Positions 34,061-38,748 of a stretch of 38,748 nucleotides of DNA are shown here, one piece after another. Each line of letters starts with the position of its first letter. Position 1 is the stretch's first letter. Source of the stretch: Actinomycetes bacterium (GTDB lineage Bacteria; Actinomycetota; Acidimicrobiia; Acidimicrobiales; UBA8190); the NCBI GenBank assembly GCA_021848085.1, contig JAJZNB010000181.1:1-38748 (forward strand), in the 5' to 3' direction. Made by a program: the position numbers and the translations under genes. A model generated the notes under the pieces. The model saw only the letters and a program-made list of their open reading frames with translations, ran no database searches and had not been told where the DNA came from.

Positions 34061-35106
34061 CGACTGCGGCTCCGCTTCGCCGACCCCACGGGTGGACCGG
34101 GTGCCAGCAGGCCCTCGAACTCGGCCTTGGCGGAGCGACCCATCAACGCCCGGAGAACCTCGTCCGGAGTGGTACGACCCTCCACCACCGCCGTCACCTG
34201 CTCGGCGATGGGCATCTCGACCCGGTGGGCCCCGGCCAGCTGGACCAGCGGCCGGGCCGACTTGATCCCCTCGGCCACCATCCGGGTGTCGGCCAGCACC
34301 TCGGCCAGCGGCCGGCCCTTGCCGAGCTCCACACCGACCCGACGGTTGCGGCTGAGCGGGCTGGTGCAGGTGGCCACCAGGTCACCGACCCCGGCCAGGC
34401 TGGCGACGGTGAGACGCTCGCCACCCATGGCCACCACCAGCCGGCCCAGCTCGGCCAGCCCTCGGGTGATGAGGGCCGCCGTCGACGAGTCCCCGAGGCC
34501 GAGCCCAGCCGAGATGCCAGCGGCCACGGCGAGGACGTTCTTGGTGGCGCCGGCCATCTCGCAGCCCACCACGTCAGGGTTGGTGTAGATCCGGAAGGTG
34601 TCGGTGAGCAGCAGCTGCTGCACCTCGGCAGCCACCGCAGCATCGGTCATGGCCACCACCGTGGCCGCCGGCTGACCAGCGGCGATCTCGTGGGCGAGGT
34701 TGGGGCCGCTGAGGACGCCGGCCGGATGGCCGGGCGCCTCCTCGGCCACGACCTGCGTCATGCGCAGGTGGCTGTGGCGCTCGAGCCCCTTGGCCAGGCT
34801 CAGCACCGCGACGCCGGGCGGCAGGTGCGGAGCCAGGCTTCGCAGCACGGCGCGAAACCCGTGGGAGGGGACGGCCATCACCACCAGGCCGGCGCCGGAT
34901 GCCGCGTCGACGAGCGAGCTGGTGGCTCGCAGCTGGTGCGGCAGCTCGTGGTCGGGCAGGTAGTCGAGGTTTCGGTGCACCGTGTCGATCTGCTCGGCCA
35001 GCTCCGCCCGGCGGGCCCACAACACGGTCGGGGCGCGCGGCGCGGCGATGGCCGCCACCGTCGTCCCCCACGAACCTGCGCCGATCACCGCCACCCGCTC
35101 CTGCAC
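34057..35106 (-). CDS. gpsA: NAD(P)H-dependent glycerol-3-phosphate dehydrogenase
   Basis: ORF 34057..36096, trimmed to GTG 35106 (VQERVAVIGAGSWGTT..). Marks: LAKGLE, LSGPNLAHEIA, GCEMAGATKNVLAVAAGI, ATCTSPLSRNRRVG. Confidence 0.92.
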   Translation of the reverse strand: MQERVAVIGAGSWGTTVAAIAAPRAPTVLWARRAELAEQIDTVHRNLDYLPDHELPHQLRATSSLVDAASGAGLVVMAVPSHGFRAVLRSLAPHLPPGVAVLSLAKGLERHSHLRMTQVVAEEAPGHPAGVLSGPNLAHEIAAGQPAATVVAMTDAAVAAEVQQLLLTDTFRIYTNPDVVGCEMAGATKNVLAVAAGISAGLGLGDSSTAALITRGLAELGRLVVAMGGERLTVASLAGVGDLVATCTSPLSRNRRVGVELGKGRPLAEVLADTRMVAEGIKSARPLVQLAGAHRVEMPIAEQVTAVVEGRTTPDEVLRALMGRSAKAEFEGLLAPGPPVGSAKRSRSR

Positions 35107-35113
35107 CTCTCTG

Positions 35114-35119
35114 ACCCTA
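35114..35119 (-). promoter_or_regulatory. candidate -10 hexamer (TAGGGT on the minus strand) for leaderless gpsA
   Basis: TAnnnT hexamer 7 nt upstream of GTG 35106 on the minus strand. Confidence 0.35.
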
Positions 35120-35232
35120 CGACCTGCCGCGGGCCGCAGGGGCCGGTGCCGGGCCATCCGGCGCCACCGGCCACCAGCTGCCGTCAGCCCGAGACCGCAG
35201 GCGACGCCCGGCTGTGCGCCGGATCCCGCCCC

Positions 35233-35238
35233 TACACT
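35233..35238 (+). promoter_or_regulatory. candidate -10 hexamer (TACACT) for leaderless cofC
   Basis: TAnnnT hexamer 6 nt upstream of GTG 35245. Confidence 0.35.
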
Positions 35239-35244
35239 GGCCGC

Positions 35245-35853
35245 GTGATCCATCGGCACCCGGGCGCCGCGCTGGCAGGACCCGTGGTGCTGATCCCGGT
35301 GAAGGCGTTCCACAGCGCCAAGGGCCGCCTCGCCGCCCACTTCGACGCCCCCACCCGCGCCGCTTTGGCCCGCACCATGGCCGAGCGGGTGCTGCAGGCG
35401 GCCGCTCCGCTGCCGGTGGCCGTGGTCTGCGACGATCCCGAGGTGGCCACGTGGGCCGACGCGTTGGGGGCGTTGGTGCTGCCCGAACCCGGCATCGGGT
35501 TGAACGCGGCGGTCGAGGCGGGAGTGGACCGCCTGGCCGCCGCCGGTGCCTCGGAGGTGCTGGTGGTGCACGGCGACCTTCCCCTGGCCCGGGGCTTGGC
35601 CCAGCTGGCGGGCTTCGACGGGATGACCCTGGTGCCCGACCGGCGCGAGGACGGCACCAACGTGATCGTCCTCACTCCCGGCTGCGGCTTCCGCTTCGCC
35701 TACGGCGCCGGTTCCTTCGGCCGCCACCGGCTCGAGGCACGACGCCTGGGCCTGCCGGTGCGGGTGGTGCGCGAACCGGCGCTGGCCTGGGACGTCGACA
35801 TCCTCGACGACCTGCCCGCCGGGGCGCTGCCAGGCACTGGCGTGCTGCCGTGA
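35245..35853 (+). CDS. cofC: 2-phospho-L-lactate / phosphoenolpyruvate guanylyltransferase (F420 biosynthesis)
   Basis: ORF 34225..35853, trimmed to GTG 35245 because the upstream part is antisense to gpsA. Marks: VVLIPVKAFHSAKGRL, VVCDDPEV, VVHGDLPL, PDRREDGTNV, SFGRH. Divergent from gpsA, as in mycobacteria (from memory). Confidence 0.85.
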   Translation: MIHRHPGAALAGPVVLIPVKAFHSAKGRLAAHFDAPTRAALARTMAERVLQAAAPLPVAVVCDDPEVATWADALGALVLPEPGIGLNAAVEAGVDRLAAAGASEVLVVHGDLPLARGLAQLAGFDGMTLVPDRREDGTNVIVLTPGCGFRFAYGAGSFGRHRLEARRLGLPVRVVREPALAWDVDILDDLPAGALPGTGVLP

Positions 35854-35993
35854 CCGGCCCGTGCCCCACCGCAGTGACCGGCCCATGCCCCACCGCAGTG
35901 ACCAGCCCGTGCCCCACCGCAGTGACCAGCCCGTGACACACCGCAGTGACCAGCCCATGCCCCACCGCAGTGACCGGCCCGTGACACACCGCA
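35850..35993. repeat. 24-bp tandem repeat x6, imperfect (consensus GTGACCRGCCCRTGMCMCACCGCA)
   Basis: Units start at 35850, 35874, 35898, 35922, 35946 and 35970. Variable positions are 7 (G/A), 12 (G/A) and 15-17 (CCC/ACA). The first unit contains the cofC TGA (35851-35853). Confidence 0.95.
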
Positions 35994-36769
35994 TCCCCGA
36001 GCCCAGCGGACTGCCGGTGGGCGACCTGCCGACCCACTGGCATCCGCAGGGGCCTCTCACGGTGGACCTGCCCGTCCCCCAGGTGGCCTTGGCCATCGGC
36101 GCTCACCCCGACGACGTCGAGCTCGGCTGCGGAGCCACCCTGGCCAAGTGGGCCGCGGCGGGCTGCCGACTGCACCACCTGGTGCTGACCGATGGATCGA
36201 AGGGCACTTGGGAGGTCGACGCCGACCGCGCTGCGCTGGTCGCCACCCGGCGCCGCGAGCAGCAGGCCGCGGCCGGCATCCTCGGCGGCGGCGAGGTCAC
36301 GTTCTTGGACTGGGCCGACGGTGAGCTGCCCTCGGACCTGCCGGCGCGCCGCCAGGTCTGCGCGGTGATCCGCCAGGTGCAACCCGACGTGGTGCTGGGG
36401 CACGACCCGTGGCGCCGCTACCGGCTGCATCCCGACCACCGCCACGCCGGCTGGCTCACCCTCGACGGCGTCGTGGCGGCGCGCGACCCCCAGTTCTTCC
36501 CCGAGCTGGGCCTGGCGTCACACCGGCCGAGGCGTCTGCTGCTGTGGGAGGCCGACGTCGCCAACCACCTCGAGGACGCTGCCGGCTTCGAACGGGTCAA
36601 GACCGATGCGCTGCTGGCCCACCGCAGCCAGCACGGCACCACCATGGGGATCGCCTCCGCCGACCAGGTGGCCACCCTCGAGGCCAAGGTCCGCCGTCAG
36701 CTGGCCGCCCACGGGGCGCTCGGTGGGCTCCACGCCGCCGAAGCGTTCCACTGCATCGCCGACCTGTAG
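35861..36769 (+). CDS. PIG-L/LmbE-family N-acetylglucosaminyl deacetylase
   Basis: ORF 35861..36769. Catalytic domain from ~36083: VALAIGAHPDDVELGCGATLAKW, VLTDGSKG, HPDHRHAG. The start is uncertain. GTG 35861 would give an (M/V)(P/T)HRSD(R/Q)P x6 N-terminus. GTG 36062 or 36083 would leave the repeat untranslated. Confidence 0.8.
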   Translation: MPHRSDRPMPHRSDQPVPHRSDQPVTHRSDQPMPHRSDRPVTHRIPEPSGLPVGDLPTHWHPQGPLTVDLPVPQVALAIGAHPDDVELGCGATLAKWAAAGCRLHHLVLTDGSKGTWEVDADRAALVATRRREQQAAAGILGGGEVTFLDWADGELPSDLPARRQVCAVIRQVQPDVVLGHDPWRRYRLHPDHRHAGWLTLDGVVAARDPQFFPELGLASHRPRRLLLWEADVANHLEDAAGFERVKTDALLAHRSQHGTTMGIASADQVATLEAKVRRQLAAHGALGGLHAAEAFHCIADL

Positions 36770-36885
36770 CTCCGCCGGTGCCGCCAGGCACCGGGTCAGT
36801 CGGCGCCGGCTCCCTCCGCTGACGAGCCTCCTGGTCTTCGGCGAAACGCCTCGCCGCCGCGGTGAGCGACCAAGCGTGAACCCAC

Positions 36886-36931
36886 CCCGACACCGGTGAG
36901 GGGCCCAAAAGGGCCCCTCCACGGTGTCGGG
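36886..36931. terminator. 46-nt extended hairpin (10 bp + 2x2 internal loop + 9 bp, AAAA loop)
   Basis: CCCGACACCG gt GAGGGGCCC aaaa GGGCCCCTC ca CGGTGTCGGG. It lies 117 nt downstream of the PIG-L stop, between convergent genes. Confidence 0.5.
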
Positions 36932-36986
36932 TCACGATGTGTCAGACCCCGAACCCGAAGGGCTCATGGGTCACGGTCGCCGACCT

Positions 36987-37014
36987 GGTTCCGGCCATGA
37001 AGACGGCCGGAACC
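36987..37014 (-). terminator. hupB terminator hairpin
   Basis: Perfect 10-bp inverted repeat, GGTTCCGGCC (36987-36996) and GGCCGGAACC (37005-37014), with an 8-nt loop. It begins 7 nt after the hupB stop on the minus strand. No U-tract. Confidence 0.55.
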
Positions 37015-37020
37015 CGCCGG

Positions 37021-37542
37021 TCAGCGCTTGGCTGCCGCCTTCCGGGCGCGTGCCGGCGCCTTGGCCGTGGTCTTCGCCGTCGCCGTCTTGGCCGGCGCCT
37101 TCTTGGCCGGGACCTTGGCCGCCGCCTTGCGGGCGGGCGCCTTGGCCGGAGCCTTGGCGGCCGCCGCCTTGCGGGCCGTCGCCTTCTTGGCCGCGGTCTT
37201 GGTGGCACCGGCCGCCTTGGCCGCCGCCGCACCCGCCCCGCTGATCTTCGGCGGGGTCAAGGGAGCCTTGCCGTTGACCACGTTCTTGAACGTCGAGCTG
37301 GCCGCGAAGCGAACACCTTTCGATGCGGCGATGCGCACCGGCTCCCCCGTCTGTGGGTTCCGACCCTTGCGCGCCGGGCGGCGAGTCGGGTTGAAGCTCC
37401 CGAACCCGACGACAGCCACCCGACGGCCTGCCTTCACCTCGCTGACAACGGTGTGAACGACCGCGTTCACGGCATTCTCCGCTTCGCGCCGGGCCAGACC
37501 CGTCGTTTTGCTGATTGCGTCGATGAGCTCCGACTTGTTCAC
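37021..37542 (-). CDS. hupB: nucleoid-associated protein HU with Lys/Ala/Pro-rich histone-like C-terminal tail
   Basis: 173-aa ORF. HU fold: MNKSELIDAISKTTGL, VGFGSFNPTRRPARKGRNPQTGEPVRI. About 80 aa of AAKKA/PAKKA-type tail follow. GTG 37542 is preceded by AGGAGG (37552..37547, minus strand). Confidence 0.95.
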   Translation of the reverse strand: MNKSELIDAISKTTGLARREAENAVNAVVHTVVSEVKAGRRVAVVGFGSFNPTRRPARKGRNPQTGEPVRIAASKGVRFAASSTFKNVVNGKAPLTPPKISGAGAAAAKAAGATKTAAKKATARKAAAAKAPAKAPARKAAAKVPAKKAPAKTATAKTTAKAPARARKAAAKR

Positions 37543-37574
37543 CGCACCTCCTGATGTCGCCCAATTTTCCCGTA

Positions 37575-37603
37575 ATCAAAGAGGCTCCAGCGCACCAGGT
37601 CAA
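37575..37603 (-). promoter_or_regulatory. candidate sigma-70-type hupB promoter
   Basis: The minus strand reads TTGACC (37603..37598), then a 17-nt spacer, then TTTGAT (37580..37575). This is ~33 nt upstream of the hupB GTG, in a locally AT-richer stretch. Confidence 0.5.
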
Positions 37604-37691
37604 GCACCCTCGCCCATCACGCCCGACGGATGCGCCAATTTCGGCCCGCCGGGCTTTACCCCGACGCCCCCGTGGGCAAGGATCTGCAGCG

Positions 37692-37964
37692 ATGCCCCCG
37701 CTCCCCGACGGCACCTACGACGTGATCGTGATAGACGTGAATTCCCCGCAAGATGGGGAAATTCTGGTCGATGTGACCATCACGCTCGGGCCGCACGTGG
37801 GGCAGGTGGCGACGTTGCGGACCGCCCACGTGCAGCCGGCCGGACCCGGTCGCGTCCCGGCGTCGCGGTTCGACGCCTCCGACGACCCGATCGGCCTGCT
37901 CGGCGTCCCCGGCACCCTGCGCGTGCGCGACGGCGCACCCTCGTTCCGCCCCGACACCCGATGA
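37692..37964 (+). CDS. small hypothetical protein (90 aa)
   Basis: Within ORF 37554..37964. ATG 37692 has AAGGA ~9 nt upstream. Its TGA overlaps the ATG of the next gene (ATGA). I recognise no family. Confidence 0.45.
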   Translation: MPPLPDGTYDVIVIDVNSPQDGEILVDVTITLGPHVGQVATLRTAHVQPAGPGRVPASRFDASDDPIGLLGVPGTLRVRDGAPSFRPDTR

Positions 37965-38748
37965 CTCGACCCCCTCCGAGCGCGCCCGGCGGGTCCACGC
38001 CCGTGCTGGCGGTGGCCGCCCCGCCGGCGGCGGCGCGGGTGCTGGACCGGCTCGACGGCGTGGCCGACCGGGTGGGCGACCGCCTGCTGCGCCAGGTGGT
38101 GGTGGTCGACGCTGCGGTGGCGGAGGAAGAGGCCGCCGATGTCGAGGTGCTGTGGCGCTACCACCTCCCCGCCGACCAGCTGAACGCGGTGGCGGCCCAT
38201 CTGCCGGCGCTGCGCTGGGTCCACTCCGACTACGTCGGCGTGGACGGCATCGACCTGCCGGCGCTGGCCCGACGCCACATCACGCTCACCAACGGCGGCG
38301 ACGTGATGGCGAGGCCCATGGCCGAATGGGTCGTGCTGGCCGTGCTGGCCGGGGCCAAGGACCTCCCCCGTCTGGTCCGCCAGTCCGACGCCGGCATCTG
38401 GGACGTCGGACCGCCGGCCCGCACGCTGCAGGGCGCCGTGGCACTGCTGCTCGGTCTGGGGGCGGTGGGGCAGCTGGCTGCCCCCTGGCTGCACGCCTTG
38501 GGCATGGAGGTGCGCGCCGCGGTGCGCCACCCCCGGCCTCAGCTCCCTGCGGGGGTGTCGACCCTCGTCACCGGCGGTGACTGGCGCCAGCACCTGCCCG
38601 ACGCCGACGCCGTGATCTGCGCCCTGCCGCTCACCGCCCAGACCGCCAACCTGCTCGACACCGACGCCTTCGCCGCCATGAAGCCGGGCGCCTGGCTGGT
38701 GAACGTGGCCCGCGGCGGCATCGTCGACGAGGCGGCGCTGGTGCACGC
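37961..38748 (+). CDS. D-isomer-specific 2-hydroxyacid dehydrogenase family protein (3' end outside the window)
   Basis: This ORF is not in the supplied track because it runs off the window. My own translation from ATG 37961 stays open to 38748. Marks: ITLTNGGDVMARPMAEWVV, NAD-binding fingerprint LLLGLGAVGQ, LVNVARGGIVDEAAL. Confidence 0.8.
   Translation, partial: MTRPPPSAPGGSTPVLAVAAPPAAARVLDRLDGVADRVGDRLLRQVVVVDAAVAEEEAADVEVLWRYHLPADQLNAVAAHLPALRWVHSDYVGVDGIDLPALARRHITLTNGGDVMARPMAEWVVLAVLAGAKDLPRLVRQSDAGIWDVGPPARTLQGAVALLLGLGAVGQLAAPWLHALGMEVRAAVRHPRPQLPAGVSTLVTGGDWRQHLPDADAVICALPLTAQTANLLDTDAFAAMKPGAWLVNVARGGIVDEAALVH

Noticed and set aside
35700-35987. 95-aa minus-strand ORF translating the 24-bp array as xAGHCGG repeats (Cys/His-rich, metal-binding-like)
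   Set aside because: It would overlap the 3' ~150 nt of cofC in antisense. It has no start or RBS context I can support. The open frame follows from the repeat having stops in only one of the six frames.
5984-35993. Tandem arrays considered as CRISPR loci
   Set aside because: The units are directly adjacent with no spacers. They are 17-30 bp long, and no cas genes are present. These are minisatellites, not CRISPRs.
37715-38746. 343-aa minus-strand ORF at the right edge
   Set aside because: It is antisense to the plus-strand frame that I translated as a 2-hydroxyacid dehydrogenase (GLGAVGQ, NVARGGIVDE). It has no motifs of its own.
1-38748. Mobile elements, prophage, defence or toxin-antitoxin modules
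   Set aside because: I found no transposase, integrase, recombinase, phage or nuclease/ATPase defence-like products. I saw no terminal inverted repeats or tRNA-adjacent boundaries. GC content looks uniform except around the hupB promoter. The window reads as core chromosome.

Overview
Very GC-rich chromosomal segment (G+C well above 65% by eye, strong third-position G/C bias). Gene content and synteny look like Actinomycetota: HU with a Lys/Ala-rich tail, divergent gpsA/cofC, and a Streptomyces-like hopanoid gene order. I support 35 protein-coding genes. I saw no rRNA, tRNA, CRISPR array, transposase or integrase. Every long R/G/P/A-rich ORF in the track that runs antisense to a recognisable gene was treated as a GC artefact. 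The main system is a seven-gene, fully overlapping hopanoid operon at 6244..15284: hpnC, hpnD, hpnE, a polyprenyl synthase, shc, an hpnG::ispH fusion, and hpnH. The operon lies downstream of aceE and converges on ahcY. The remaining genes are housekeeping: rnhA, an AlkA-like glycosylase, a crotonase, an HhH-GPD repair protein coupled to thiE, an MFS transporter, a hydrolase, an acyl-CoA dehydrogenase, an MBL hydrolase, an ArsB/NhaD-type permease, gdh, rnhB, cutA, an acyl-CoA synthetase, a GH38 mannosidase, a class III cyclase, gpsA, cofC, a PIG-L deacetylase, hupB and a partial 2-hydroxyacid dehydrogenase. Four observations merit follow-up. (1) A single ORF fuses an HpnG-type nucleosidase domain to a complete IspH. 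(2) Five unrelated tandem-repeat arrays with perfect or near-perfect copies occur in 38 kb. Their units are 21, 17, 30, 18 and 24 bp. Two lie in intergenic or regulatory DNA, two are in-frame inside enzymes, and one sits on a gene junction. (3) A TAnnnT hexamer lies 6-8 nt upstream of the start codon of seven operon-leading genes, which suggests leaderless transcripts. (4) Two convergent genes overlap at their 3' ends. I found no defence-like or mobile multi-gene system. All novelty claims are inferences that need database searches I cannot run.
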